From Minisyncoccia bacterium (lineage in GTDB: Bacteria; Patescibacteriota; Minisyncoccia; Phycocordibacterales; Phycocordibacteraceae), in the NCBI GenBank assembly GCA_038207395.1, contig JBBQZW010000001.1, positions 142,862 to 206,861 of the forward strand: a DNA stretch of 64,000 nucleotides. Direction: 5' to 3'. Under the pieces are notes generated by a model, which did not search any database, was not told the DNA's origin, and saw only the letters and a list, made by a program, of their open reading frames with translations. Positions 11,574 to 21,923 of this stretch are shown one piece after another (positions within the stretch are counted from its first letter, which is position 1; each line of letters opens with the position of its first letter). The position numbers were made by a program, and so were the translations under genes.

Positions 11574-13520
11574 ATGACCTCAGCTCCCGCTCCGGCCCCA
11601 GCGCCGCGCGCTCCTCGTTCATCAGAATCATCATCTTCAGCGCCTGCGCGTGAAGAACGTGCACATGATACTCGTCCTCCTTCCAGAAGTGATGGGCCGT
11701 CACGCAACTCCAGTAATCGTACCCGTTCTAATAATGGTCCTTCACGCAGTGGAGGTCGTTCTATGCGCGATGCGCGCCGCCCTCAAATGCGTGGCGGAAA
11801 TACTCCAACACAAAAAAAAGAGGCTGATTATCATCCAGACCCTGTTGCCTCAAACGTTGTTCGCATTGTTCCTCTTGGAGGCGTTGAAGAAGTGGGTCGC
11901 AACATGGTTGCGCTCGAAGTCGGGGATGACATTTACGTCTTTGACGTAGGATTCCAGTTCGTATCCGAAGAATCATCACCCGGTGTTGATTACGTGCTTC
12001 CAAATACAAAATACCTTGAGCGTAACGCGTCTCGGGTTCGTGGCGTCTTTATCACACACGGTCACCTCGACCACATCGGAGGCATTCCCTTTCTCTTGAA
12101 CCGTTTTGGTAATCCACCAATTTACTCTCAGAATCTTACAAATGTAATGATTGCAAAGCGCCAGGAAGAGTACCCTGATGTGCCTAAGCCAGAACTCATC
12201 ACCGTAGAGGCAGGTACGAGCCGTATGGTTGGTTCACATAAAGTTACATTCTTCGCCGTTACCCACTCGATTCCTGATTCAATGGGAATCATGGTTGAAA
12301 CACCATACGGAAACGTTGTCGTTACCGGTGACTTAAAGCTTGAACACGAAAACGGTATTCCAACCGATAAAGAACAAAAAGTGTGGGGAGCGATCGGTAA
12401 GGAAAAGAACCTTTTCTTTATTGCTGACTCAACGAACGCAGAGCGTGATGGATTTTCTATCCCTGAAAGCCGTGTTCATACAACCCTTGAAGAAATTGTT
12501 CGTGGTGTATCTGGACGTCTTATCATTGGAACATTCGCATCTCAGTTCGAGCGTATGATTCGTATCATCCAGATTGCAGAGTCCATGGGTAAGAAGGTGG
12601 TAACCGAAGGTCGTTCAATTAAAACAAACCTTGAGATTGCCCAGAAGACTGGCCTCCTTACGGTAAAGAAAGACACGATAATCCAGGCTCAAGATATTCA
12701 GGATTATCCTGCAGATAAAATCGTTATCCTTTCAACTGGTGCCCAGGGTGAGGAATTTGCCGCACTTATGCGCATTGCTACAAAACAGCACAAGAACATT
12801 ACGCTTACACCTCGTGATACAGTCGTCCTTTCCTCGTCCGTTATTCCCGGAAACGAGATCAGTGTTCAGAAACTTAAGGACAACTTGTTCCGAAACGGTG
12901 CAAACATAATCCACTACCGATCTTCCGACGTTCACTCTACCGGTCACGGTAACTCAGGTGAGCTTGTGTGGATTAACCAGCAGGTTGGGGCGAAATTCTT
13001 TATGCCTGGATATGGTTACTACTCAATGACCTGGAGTCACGCAAAGGCAGTTGAGCAAGCAGGACGAGCAAAGGATAGTATCGTTATTGCAGACAACGGA
13101 AACGTTATTGATATTATTGATGGCGAGCGTATGGAAATTCATAAGCAAAAAGTTCCGTCTTCCCCACTCGTAGTGGATGGCTTCGCTATTGGCGACATGC
13201 AGGAGGTGGTTATTCGTGACCGCCAGGCCCTTTCTAAGGACGGTATGTTTGTTATCATCGCAACGGTTAATCTCAAGACCGGTAAGCTCCGCAAGTCTCC
13301 AGATATTATTTCTCGAGGATTTATTTACCTTCGTGAAAGCCAAGACCTCCTTAACGAAGCCCGTCTTCTTATTAAGAAAACGGTTGAGGATTCAACCCGT
13401 GGTATGAATCCTGTTGACCTGGATTACGTAAAAAATACCCTTACCGACACCGTGTCCGGATATCTCTTCAATGCAACGAACAAAGCACCTATGGTGATTC
13501 CCGTTCTTATTGGAGTCTAA
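11574..13520 (+). CDS. rnj: Ribonuclease J (metallo-beta-lactamase/beta-CASP) with an ~80-aa Ser/Arg/Pro-rich N-terminal extension.
   Basis: It carries HGHLDHIGG, the beta-CASP region and the RNase J C-terminal domain. The N-terminus reads MTSAPAPAPAPRAPRSSESSSSAP...SRSGGRS. Confidence 0.9.
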   Translation: MTSAPAPAPAPRAPRSSESSSSAPAREERAHDTRPPSRSDGPSRNSSNRTRSNNGPSRSGGRSMRDARRPQMRGGNTPTQKKEADYHPDPVASNVVRIVPLGGVEEVGRNMVALEVGDDIYVFDVGFQFVSEESSPGVDYVLPNTKYLERNASRVRGVFITHGHLDHIGGIPFLLNRFGNPPIYSQNLTNVMIAKRQEEYPDVPKPELITVEAGTSRMVGSHKVTFFAVTHSIPDSMGIMVETPYGNVVVTGDLKLEHENGIPTDKEQKVWGAIGKEKNLFFIADSTNAERDGFSIPESRVHTTLEEIVRGVSGRLIIGTFASQFERMIRIIQIAESMGKKVVTEGRSIKTNLEIAQKTGLLTVKKDTIIQAQDIQDYPADKIVILSTGAQGEEFAALMRIATKQHKNITLTPRDTVVLSSSVIPGNEISVQKLKDNLFRNGANIIHYRSSDVHSTGHGNSGELVWINQQVGAKFFMPGYGYYSMTWSHAKAVEQAGRAKDSIVIADNGNVIDIIDGERMEIHKQKVPSSPLVVDGFAIGDMQEVVIRDRQALSKDGMFVIIATVNLKTGKLRKSPDIISRGFIYLRESQDLLNEARLLIKKTVEDSTRGMNPVDLDYVKNTLTDTVSGYLFNATNKAPMVIPVLIGV

Positions 13521-13544
13521 CGAACGTGGTGGAGAAGACATGAG

Positions 13545-13576
13545 TAAAGCCGCACCCTTTGGGTGCGGCTTTTTCA
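13545..13576 (+). terminator. Rho-independent terminator after rnj.
   Basis: AAAGCCGCACCC-ttt-GGGTGCGGCTTTTT. Confidence 0.65.
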
Positions 13577-13597
13577 TAGCATACCTGCCAGCACAAA

Positions 13598-13873
13598 CTA
13601 GGCCGCTTCAAGACGGTGTTCTGTTTCAGACGATCCGCGCAGCAACACAACGTGAGTTTCATACCACTCGGTGGTGGCAGTAATCCAGTTATCTTCTTGC
13701 TTCACCGTGCCTCTCCAGCCACACGAGCAATGCGCCCGAATCTTCGGAGAAGATGAATGAGCTCGTGAGCTATCAATAGGATCTTCACTCGGATTATGGG
13801 CTGAAAAGCTATGGCCGAGAGCGTCTCCCACCTGATGTAGATGGCGCGCCTTAGCTGAATCTGTTGCAAACAT
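13598..13873 (-). CDS. Small hypothetical protein.
   Basis: It is a 91-aa ORF convergent with rnj and has no confident domain. Confidence 0.3.
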   Translation of the reverse strand: MFATDSAKARHLHQVGDALGHSFSAHNPSEDPIDSSRAHSSSPKIRAHCSCGWRGTVKQEDNWITATTEWYETHVVLLRGSSETEHRLEAA

Positions 13874-13966
13874 TACTATATTCTCCCAAAGACCAATGTA
13901 GCGAGCATACCAGGGCAGGTGTTTTGATTCAAGTGAACGCGTGATAATGGTAGAATCTAGCTATCT

Positions 13967-15118
13967 ATGCGTCCACGTTCTTTGCTTGCTCTTAGCAACT
14001 TCTTTGCTTTTGCTCCGTACTATTTAAGTATTTATGTTCTAGCACCATACCTTGCGACCTTCATGTCCGCGAGTACCGCAGGTCTTGCATTGTCATTAGG
14101 CGGAACAATGACCCTTATCATCTTCCCTTTTATTCCCCGCTGGGTAGCAAAACGAGGACCTCAAAAACTTGGTATCATCTTCGGCTGTATTCAAGGTATT
14201 GCACTTCTTTTACTTTCTCAGCACCCCACACCACTTGTATCAATATTCTTAATCGCCGTTGCGGTAGCGGTAGCTCCACTCATTGTGTATCAGCTGGATT
14301 TGCTTCTTGAAGCATGTGTTGATGATGAAGGAAGTACAGGGCGAGTTCGTACGGCATTTACAACGGCCGGTAACGCTGCGCTTGTTCTTTCACCTGTCGT
14401 TATTGGCTTACTTCTCCACAACGGTGACCAGTATGGTCGCGTATTCTTTGTTGCAGCTCTTTCTATCCTTCCGTTTATACTTTTAATGTACTCACATTCA
14501 CTTCCTGCCGTTACTCCTCAGAAAATCCCAAGCTTACCTCAGGCGTTTCTAAAATTCTCTCGAAGTCGTGATCTTAGGGCAATAGCGTTCTCTAGTACCA
14601 TTCTCCATTTCTTGTTCCAACTCACCCCCCTCTATGTTTCACTCTACCTCCACACTTCTCTCGGAATTCCGTGGAGTAGCCTGGGGTGGATTCTGGCGAT
14701 GTCTCTAATACCCTTCATTCTACTTGAATACCCTGCTGGCTTGCTTGCTGATACAAAAATTGGTGACAAGGGTTTGTTAGTAGCAGGATATATAATTGCC
14801 GGACTTTCATTTGCCTCTATTGGATTTGTTACAGAGACAACGCCATTGCTTGCTATTGCTGGAATATTAGTTCTTCTTCGCGTCGGCGCATCGCTCATTG
14901 AATCTATGACCGAAGTTCATTTCTTTCGCCGAGTATCCTCCCAGGATGCTGATATGGTAAGTATCTTTCGTATGACGCGCCCCGTCGGGGCGCTCACCGC
15001 GCCCCTCATCGGCAGTATTCTTCTTTCTGCGGGAGGCTACTCACAACTTTTTACCGTATCCGGATGTATTGTTCTTATCTTTGGTCTGGTGAGCGCACTT
15101 GCTATCCGTTCAAATTAA
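13967..15118 (+). CDS. MFS transporter.
   Basis: 383 aa with about 12 predicted TM helices and MFS-like loop motifs. Confidence 0.65.
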   Translation: MRPRSLLALSNFFAFAPYYLSIYVLAPYLATFMSASTAGLALSLGGTMTLIIFPFIPRWVAKRGPQKLGIIFGCIQGIALLLLSQHPTPLVSIFLIAVAVAVAPLIVYQLDLLLEACVDDEGSTGRVRTAFTTAGNAALVLSPVVIGLLLHNGDQYGRVFFVAALSILPFILLMYSHSLPAVTPQKIPSLPQAFLKFSRSRDLRAIAFSSTILHFLFQLTPLYVSLYLHTSLGIPWSSLGWILAMSLIPFILLEYPAGLLADTKIGDKGLLVAGYIIAGLSFASIGFVTETTPLLAIAGILVLLRVGASLIESMTEVHFFRRVSSQDADMVSIFRMTRPVGALTAPLIGSILLSAGGYSQLFTVSGCIVLIFGLVSALAIRSN

Positions 15119-15930
15119 GTAGGTAATGCATATCCGTTCTTTCTTTTAGTAATCAATCCCTCATTGAGAAGTCTTTCAAGCTGACTAGTAACCTGTTCCG
15201 TACGATCTGATGGAAAGAGTTTTACGAGCGCCCCTCTAGTCTTTGGCTGAGCTGCAAGCTCACGAAGAATAGCTCCCCTAACTTCTCGAGCAGAGCCAGT
15301 AAATCTGCTTTGTTTGGTATATCCCTTACTTTTTGCATTAATTCGTATACCCGAGCGTTTAAGATGCGCTCCATAGTCCATGAGCGCTGCGTTCCAGTCT
15401 CTAGACCCATCTGAATCTAGTTTTACTTTCTTAAGCACTGCAATTACTTCAGTATCCAAGACTTCTGTACGATCGGGAAAGAAATGATGAATGACTGCCG
15501 TTCGAATATTTGTCTCAATCAATATCACGTCTTGATCGTATGCAAACGCAGCAACGGCACGTGCGGTATATGAACCCACTCCCGGAAGCGTTTCTAATAC
15601 CTCTACGGTCTTTGGCATTACTCCTCTATATTCACGTACCACCGCTTTTGCTGCCTCGTGAAGCATCTTTGCACGGCGGTTATATCCCAGACCTTGCCAA
15701 GAGATAAGTACATCAGAAAGAGGTGCATCGGCAAGGCTCTGTATGTTTGGATACTTTTTCATCCACGCACTAAAGTACGGAATTACGCGCTCCACCTGGG
15801 TCTGCTGCAGCATGACTTCAGAAACCAACACTCTATAGGGGTTATGGGTTTTCCTCCACGGAAGAGAATGTCGTCCCTGTTTCTTGTAATACTCCCAAAC
15901 TATTTTTTGAAATGCTGATACGGTCATCAA
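15115..15930 (-). CDS. HhH-GPD base-excision DNA glycosylase (MutY/Nth-like, apparently without the 4Fe-4S Cys cluster).
   Basis: It has LPGVGSYTARAVAAFAYDQDVILIETNIRTAV (HhH-GPD). The C-terminal region has no Cys cluster. Confidence 0.7.
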   Translation of the reverse strand: MMTVSAFQKIVWEYYKKQGRHSLPWRKTHNPYRVLVSEVMLQQTQVERVIPYFSAWMKKYPNIQSLADAPLSDVLISWQGLGYNRRAKMLHEAAKAVVREYRGVMPKTVEVLETLPGVGSYTARAVAAFAYDQDVILIETNIRTAVIHHFFPDRTEVLDTEVIAVLKKVKLDSDGSRDWNAALMDYGAHLKRSGIRINAKSKGYTKQSRFTGSAREVRGAILRELAAQPKTRGALVKLFPSDRTEQVTSQLERLLNEGLITKRKNGYALPT

Positions 15931-16637
15931 ATCTCGTAAATCACGTCCTTGCGCTCAACGATAACTTTCCACAAGCGCTGCATGGCATGGCGGTATAGTG
16001 CTCGGTTTGGATTAAAGGCGATAGGTTCTTCCACTAATGCAAGCATTGAGATATCACTTTCCGTATCCCCCACTCCCACCGAACCACTAAGCGTAAGATT
16101 CTCCTTTTCGAGAGCACGAGTAAGGATGCTGGCCTTGTTCATAATAATATGTTCGTCTTCAATCTCTCCCGTAAAGCGGTTCGTAGCGCCCGTAGTGTAA
16201 AACGTACCGTATGACTTATGAAACCCTAATTCATACGCGAAACCATCGACGATAAACTTTGGTGAGTGGGAAATAGCGAGTAGGTAGTATCCTTTATTTT
16301 TTAGATCAGTTATAAGATCACGCGTATACCGGTACGTGCGGCCATGCATTTCTTCAATCACTTCTCCGGCGACGTCTGCTACGTCACTGTATGCCGTACC
16401 CTTCAAATACGTTCCGAAAGACTGCACGACTTTCTTAATGTACGGCTCGTAATCTGCTTTTCGATCTAACCACTCTTCCTGCGCGCGTTCATAGTCCTTT
16501 CGTGCTTCTTCAGGAAACACGCCGCGAAGTATTAGCCGGTCCACTAACTCAATCAAAAGAGATGATCTGAATACGGTTCCATCAATATCAAATACGGCTA
16601 CAGGGCGGGCGCTATCCATATATATATGGTACCGCAT
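15927..16637 (-). CDS. HAD-superfamily hydrolase (HAD-IB / phosphoserine-phosphatase-like).
   Basis: Motif I is FDIDGTV and a later GDTESD motif is present. Confidence 0.7.
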   Translation of the reverse strand: MRYHIYMDSARPVAVFDIDGTVFRSSLLIELVDRLILRGVFPEEARKDYERAQEEWLDRKADYEPYIKKVVQSFGTYLKGTAYSDVADVAGEVIEEMHGRTYRYTRDLITDLKNKGYYLLAISHSPKFIVDGFAYELGFHKSYGTFYTTGATNRFTGEIEDEHIIMNKASILTRALEKENLTLSGSVGVGDTESDISMLALVEEPIAFNPNRALYRHAMQRLWKVIVERKDVIYEI

Positions 16638-16720
16638 TGCAGTAGCTATTGCTTTTTAGCTAATTTTGTTGCACAATACTATGGGTGTACATTCCGCACT
16701 CATACTGACAAAGGAAAAGA

Positions 16721-17228
16721 AATGCTGATATCTCAAAGCGATGATCCGCTATTGATGAAACTTCGGGACGCTATCGTGAAGGCGCTGATAACCAGCGACC
16801 TCGACCAAGACGAAAGAGCAGCGATTGCTTTTTCATACTGGGACACCGTCGTTCGCAGCTACATCGGCTCCGGGGACTTCCAAGGCTCCTGGTGGCGCAT
16901 CAAAGCCGCTGCGCTCGGGGAAAAGGTCTTCGAAGGCCCTAACCGGGTCTGTCGGCCAAACCTCGAAGGCGAACCGGTCGGCCTGGTGTGCGCACCGCGT
17001 GAGATCATGGGTTTCATTCATGTTCTCTATTACGCCATGCATCAAGCGAAGATCGAGCTGGATCATGATAACCAGACTCCGGCCTGGGGCGCAATGTTCC
17101 AGCCGGGCGCCCGAACGGCTGGATTGATGCGAGGCCAGTCCGGTATCTCGTTCGAGATTGCCGCTCAGATGGCAGAGGTCATCGATTACTGGGCGAGCAA
17201 TCACAGCAGAATCGCAGTCGCCGCTTGA
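16721..17228 (+). CDS. Hypothetical protein in a GC-rich patch. The track ORF begins at 16626, but the probable start is the MLISQSDD Met.
   Basis: It has no recognisable domain. The 3' two-thirds are markedly GC-rich relative to the flanks, and a hairpin terminator follows. Confidence 0.4.
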
Positions 17229-17253
17229 TATTGTATATATCTTAAGCATATAG

Positions 17254-17283
17254 AGCCGGGTGTCTTAGGACATCCGGCTTTTT
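17254..17283 (+). terminator. Rho-independent terminator.
   Basis: GCCGGGTGTC-ttag-GACATCCGGC followed by TTTTT. Confidence 0.65.
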
Positions 17284-17477
17284 AATAAACGTTCAGAAAT
17301 ATCTCATTGAGATTTAATAAAAACTTGATCGCTGATTTTGTAATCTCTTATACGTATGAGTTCTTTTTCTAGGAGAAGTAGAATAAATGCCTAGCAGGCT
17401 AGTTGGAATTATTGACCACGTCTTAACACGGCACCTCTGACCTATAAAACATAGCTCCGGTTACCCATTGCTTTGCT

Positions 17478-19538
17478 ATGTATACTTATTGGTATATATC
17501 TCATGACATGAGTTTTATTTCACTTATTATCTTGGGTGCTGCTATTGTAAGTATCGGTATTGGGTATAGGGTACTTTTTGAATCCCGAAGGAACCCCGTT
17601 AATCAAGCATTTTTTCTATTCTCGATAGGAACAGCTCTATGGATTGGTGGGTACGGGATGATTATTGCCACCCACAACGATGTATATCTTCCAATACTAA
17701 ATGGTGGTGGCTTGTTGCTCGTGATAGGTCTTACTTATTTTGCACAACTATTCCCGACTCCTACACCGATACCTTTTTCACGCTGGTTATTTTGGTTACC
17801 CTTAATTGCGGGAGGTGCTCTATTACTTCTAAGTAACAAGATTGTACTCGGTGTATCTTTTTCATTAGATGGAACAATGAACGTTACCCATGGGCCGCTA
17901 GCTCCCGTTTGGAGTCTATTACTACTTTTGTATATACTCATCAGCGTAGGTTTTTTTATCAGAAGTTACATTTACGCAACTGCAAGGAATCGCGCATTAC
18001 TCTGGTTTATATATACAGGTATTAGTCTATTTGTTATTACTTCCATACTTTTTGATGCCGTCCTTCCTTCATTTTTTGGATTTACTCAATTAAGTGATCT
18101 GGGTCCACTAACTTCTTTATTTTTTCTTTTCGCAACGTCACTCGCAATTACAAAACACCGTTTTCTTAACATTCGAGTTGTACTTCAACGAAGTCTCGTA
18201 TACTCAGTGTGTACATTCATACTCACCTGTATATATGTACTACTACTAATAAGTATCGAGGAAGTGTATAAGGGTGTGTCAAATATGGCAGCACCACTAA
18301 GTGCCGGAATTACAATACTTATTAGCATGTACACATTACCGAGAATGGAGAGCTACTTTCGAAGAATTAGTGATCCTTACTTTTTTAAAGATCGATATGA
18401 TTATTTTTCAGTTTTAGATTCACTATCTGAATCTTTAAATAGAAATCTGAACCTTCGACCGCTCGTACTACAAAGTCTCACTGTTTTGGAAAAAGCATTT
18501 AAACCAGAATTTGCTTACTTTATACGTACCGAAACTTCTACATGCTATTCACATTTAAATTATTCAGATTTAAATGAGCGAATGTTGGTTACAGAAGATT
18601 GTGTTGAAATACATATCAGATCTGACTCTCGTATGATTGGTACATATATTCTTGGGCCAAGGCGCTCTGGTGATTCGTACGGCGAAATAGACCATTCACT
18701 GATGAAGACTTTTGCGAGTCATGCTAGAGTTTCATTCGAAAAAGCCGAGCTTTACCAAAAACTTCGAGATCATAAAGAAAATTTAGAAGTGAGGGTGGAT
18801 GAGCGAACAAAACACTTACATGAACTGCAAATTAGACAGCGTGAGTTTTTTGATGATATTTCGCATGCTCTACAAACCCCGTTAACTGTAGTACGCGGAG
18901 GTCTAGAGTTATTGAAGAAGAATCTGCATTCAGGAGATATTCGTACCCATACCATCGTAAATACAAGTGTGGAGGACCTTTCACGACTTATTAGCTCTAT
19001 ACTTCAACTTGCTCGCATTGAGTCATACTCTTCTGAGAGTCAGATGTCGTTAGTTGATCTTACTTCTATAATTCTTCGTACTTCTGAATATGTACGCATT
19101 ATTGCGGAAGCATCTGATATTTCCTTGTCATTGGAAATAGACTCTTTACCACTATTCATTCGAGGAGATGAGAAGCAAATTGAAGAGATGTGTACAAACT
19201 TACTTAGTAATGCCGTAAAATATACTTCCAAAAGTAAAATTAGACGCATTTCCATTTCTTTACTACTACATGATGGTAATGCAATTCTCTGTATTACCGA
19301 TACTGGGATTGGAATGACACATAACCAACTAGAAAAAGTATTTGATCGTTTCTACCGCGCTTCGGAAACAAAACCTATTAAAGAAGGATTTGGACTAGGT
19401 CTGGCAATTACTAAACGAATTATTGAACGACATAACGGGAATATTCGCTATTCCAGTACTTTTGGTGAAGGTACGACAGTAACCGTCAGCCTTCCTGCTG
19501 AACTACCGGTAAATCCTCATGCACAAACACCTCTTTAA
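17478..19538 (+). CDS. Sensor histidine kinase with a large polytopic N-terminal membrane domain. The probable start is the Met at 17508.
   Basis: It has about 7 TM helices, a HisKA region FFDDISHALQTPLTVV, and a HATPase_c region with DTGIGM...GFGLGLAI. No response regulator is adjacent. Confidence 0.85.
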   Translation: MYTYWYISHDMSFISLIILGAAIVSIGIGYRVLFESRRNPVNQAFFLFSIGTALWIGGYGMIIATHNDVYLPILNGGGLLLVIGLTYFAQLFPTPTPIPFSRWLFWLPLIAGGALLLLSNKIVLGVSFSLDGTMNVTHGPLAPVWSLLLLLYILISVGFFIRSYIYATARNRALLWFIYTGISLFVITSILFDAVLPSFFGFTQLSDLGPLTSLFFLFATSLAITKHRFLNIRVVLQRSLVYSVCTFILTCIYVLLLISIEEVYKGVSNMAAPLSAGITILISMYTLPRMESYFRRISDPYFFKDRYDYFSVLDSLSESLNRNLNLRPLVLQSLTVLEKAFKPEFAYFIRTETSTCYSHLNYSDLNERMLVTEDCVEIHIRSDSRMIGTYILGPRRSGDSYGEIDHSLMKTFASHARVSFEKAELYQKLRDHKENLEVRVDERTKHLHELQIRQREFFDDISHALQTPLTVVRGGLELLKKNLHSGDIRTHTIVNTSVEDLSRLISSILQLARIESYSSESQMSLVDLTSIILRTSEYVRIIAEASDISLSLEIDSLPLFIRGDEKQIEEMCTNLLSNAVKYTSKSKIRRISISLLLHDGNAILCITDTGIGMTHNQLEKVFDRFYRASETKPIKEGFGLGLAITKRIIERHNGNIRYSSTFGEGTTVTVSLPAELPVNPHAQTPL

Positions 19539-19794
19539 CTTCGATAAGTGCTTCGAGCATAAAACGAAGCTCTTTAGCCTTTACTGAATCATAGGGAATA
19601 TTAGGATTCGTAAAATATTTAAGCGTTTCTGAAAATGTCTGGACTCCTTCGCTCAAGTAGGTCGAAACAGTAACATCGTTAAATTCTTCCCAGGCACTAG
19701 CATCACGTATAATTGCAGTAGTTGTACGAGCCGTACCACAATAAACAAGAACTGGAAATGTAGTACGTGAATAACGCGTTTTTAATTCACTCAT
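19486..19794 (-). CDS. Hypothetical protein.
   Basis: It is a 102-aa ORF whose 3' end overlaps the HK gene. It has no domain call. Confidence 0.3.
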   Translation of the reverse strand: MSELKTRYSRTTFPVLVYCGTARTTTAIIRDASAWEEFNDVTVSTYLSEGVQTFSETLKYFTNPNIPYDSVKAKELRFMLEALIEVKEVFVHEDLPVVQQEG

Positions 19795-19806
19795 AGGGTG
19801 TAAGTG

Positions 19807-20577
19807 TTATTCGACAGGAATACTCACAAAGCCTTCGTCAGTCACGATTACGTGGTCAATGAGATCAATTCCCAGAACTCGTCCAGCTTCTGCGATCTGT
19901 AGAGTTACAACACGATCTGCTTCGCTGGGTGTAGAAATACCGGATGGATGATTGTGGACCAGAACAATCGCTGCAGCTGCATGAGCGAGCGCAGGACGAA
20001 AAACTTCACGAGGGTGGATAAGGTTTGCATCAATTGTTCCGATGGAAAGTACTTCGTCATGAATGACTTGATAGTGCGTATCTAGATACAGCCCTCGTAG
20101 GTGCTCTTTAGTAAGCGAACGCATATCAACAGTGTGGTCAAAGACATCTTTTGCGGTACGAATGACAGCTGCACCATTTCGCTTCTTCTGAAAGAATCTG
20201 CGTCCTAGCTCACCCGCTGCTATAATCTGCATTGCTTTACCTAACGGTATATCAGCATCCATTGCAAGCTGTTTCGCATCAGTACTTGAAAGTAAGCTTC
20301 TTTCTCCATATTCCCGAACTATCCGAGTACTCATAGTAAGCACCTCTTCTTTTCGAGTACCTGCTGAAAGTAGTATTGCCATAAGTTCCTGTGCAGTAAG
20401 AGCGTTTGGACCATGATCGAGCATTCGCTCGCGTGGTTTATCTTCTTCGGGAAGATCTCGCACTTTGAGTACGTATTTCTTATTTGATGTTCCGAGAAGA
20501 AGATCGTGATTTCGCATTAGATACGTCTGTTCCATAATGATTAAAGTATACAACCAAAGGGTCACGCTTACGCGCAA
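19807..20577 (-). CDS. radC: RadC-like JAB/MPN domain protein.
   Basis: HNHPSG JAMM motif and UPF0758 N-terminal region. Confidence 0.8.
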   Translation of the reverse strand: MRVSVTLWLYTLIIMEQTYLMRNHDLLLGTSNKKYVLKVRDLPEEDKPRERMLDHGPNALTAQELMAILLSAGTRKEEVLTMSTRIVREYGERSLLSSTDAKQLAMDADIPLGKAMQIIAAGELGRRFFQKKRNGAAVIRTAKDVFDHTVDMRSLTKEHLRGLYLDTHYQVIHDEVLSIGTIDANLIHPREVFRPALAHAAAAIVLVHNHPSGISTPSEADRVVTLQIAEAGRVLGIDLIDHVIVTDEGFVSIPVE

Positions 20578-20632
20578 CCCTTTGAGGATAGAACAACATC
20601 CTTAGAAAGAACCTAAAAGAAAGATAAAGTTT

Positions 20633-21178
20633 TTATGACTTTTTGCTCCATTTTTGCTTAATCCATGGCTCAATTACAAGGTCTTCTACCACCACCCCAA
20701 TAAATGCCAGAATGACCAGAAATATCACAAGCGCATGCCCTCCGTGCTCTCCAAAGAAGCTTGTTATGGGGTTTTCGTGCTGTCCTACAGGAAGAACGGT
20801 AATATCGTCAAAATCAAGGGTAAAAGAGGGTAGATCTGCCTGTGTAGAGTGCCCCGTAAGAATGGCAGCATATTCACCTTCTGAAGGGAATATAAAATTA
20901 GCTAGCAATGTCGCACTCTCAGCCTGAATGGTTGTCGTGGCAAACAAGCTATGACTCATTACTTCCAAGGTATACGTGTACGCAGAAGGATTAAATGTAC
21001 GAGCTGAGTCGCTCATATAAAACTCAAACGTTGCCGGCTCGGTGCTTGTGGGTTTATGCGCAGGCTTTAGATGCATTCTGGCGGTAACGGTTCCACTTTC
21101 CTCTTGCACATGAGCGTGCACAAACGATACGGGCAGTACGAGCGCAATCGCACATACGAAAGATACGAGCTTTTTCAT
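20633..21178 (-). CDS. Exported hypothetical protein with a signal peptide and a C-terminal TM anchor.
   Basis: It has an N-terminal MKKLVSFVCAIALVLPVSFVHA signal peptide and a C-terminal hydrophobic helix. Confidence 0.45.
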   Translation of the reverse strand: MKKLVSFVCAIALVLPVSFVHAHVQEESGTVTARMHLKPAHKPTSTEPATFEFYMSDSARTFNPSAYTYTLEVMSHSLFATTTIQAESATLLANFIFPSEGEYAAILTGHSTQADLPSFTLDFDDITVLPVGQHENPITSFFGEHGGHALVIFLVILAFIGVVVEDLVIEPWIKQKWSKKS

Positions 21179-21185
21179 TTAGTTT

Positions 21186-21602
21186 CTAGCGTGTTTTCCG
21201 CGTATTTTGATTCATAAGCGTTATTGAGATCTGAAGCACAGAAGCAAACGAAACCCAAAATAGATATGGAATATTTATGTATGCAACCCAAGAGAGATAG
21301 GGATATATTTCATTGAGCGCATATATAAGGGTGGCAAGCACAAGAAGAATATCTATCGTTGCGAGGACATTGTTTCGAAGTCCAAACTGTAGTGGGGTGA
21401 AAAGAACGTTGAAAATAAGATTCAACGCAAAAATCAATACGATTGAGGAAGGAATTACTCCCAAGTATCCTTGGTATGCAGTATATCCAAATGAAACAGC
21501 GATGATGAGATACAAGACTGACCAAACTGGTCCGAAAATCCATGACGGGGGTGCAAAGAACGGTTTCTTTAATTCGCGGTACCAAGTTTTTGTTCGATTC
21601 AT
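21186..21602 (-). CDS. tspO: TspO/MBR family tryptophan-rich sensory protein.
   Basis: WYRELKKPFFAPPSWIFGPVWSVLY and five TM helices. Confidence 0.8.
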   Translation of the reverse strand: MNRTKTWYRELKKPFFAPPSWIFGPVWSVLYLIIAVSFGYTAYQGYLGVIPSSIVLIFALNLIFNVLFTPLQFGLRNNVLATIDILLVLATLIYALNEIYPYLSWVAYINIPYLFWVSFASVLQISITLMNQNTRKTR

Positions 21603-21666
21603 ATACTAACAATACTACATTTAGATACCATGTTTATTAGCTTATTTTCAGCACATCTAGCCACCT

Positions 21667-21909
21667 CTACTTCACGAGTTGTAATTTCTCTACACGAGTT
21701 AATCCTTTTATCCTCGACTCTTCTTTTGCGGCCTCACTCCGGTCTGCACATGGTGCAGAGTATATAAGAGTCACAGGCCGTCGCGCGCGCGTATACTTCG
21801 CCCCCAGTGTGGATTCGTTATGCTCTTTTACTCTTCGTTCAAGATCATTAGTAGAGCCGGTGTACAGTGAGCCATCAGCGCATTTGAGAATATACGTATG
21901 CCAGGACAT
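21667..21909 (-). CDS. GIY-YIG nuclease family protein.
   Basis: YILKCADGSLYTGSTNDLERRVKEHN (GIY-YIG motif). Confidence 0.8.
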   Translation of the reverse strand: MSWHTYILKCADGSLYTGSTNDLERRVKEHNESTLGAKYTRARRPVTLIYSAPCADRSEAAKEESRIKGLTRVEKLQLVK

Positions 21910-21923
21910 AGAGCGTAATGCGT

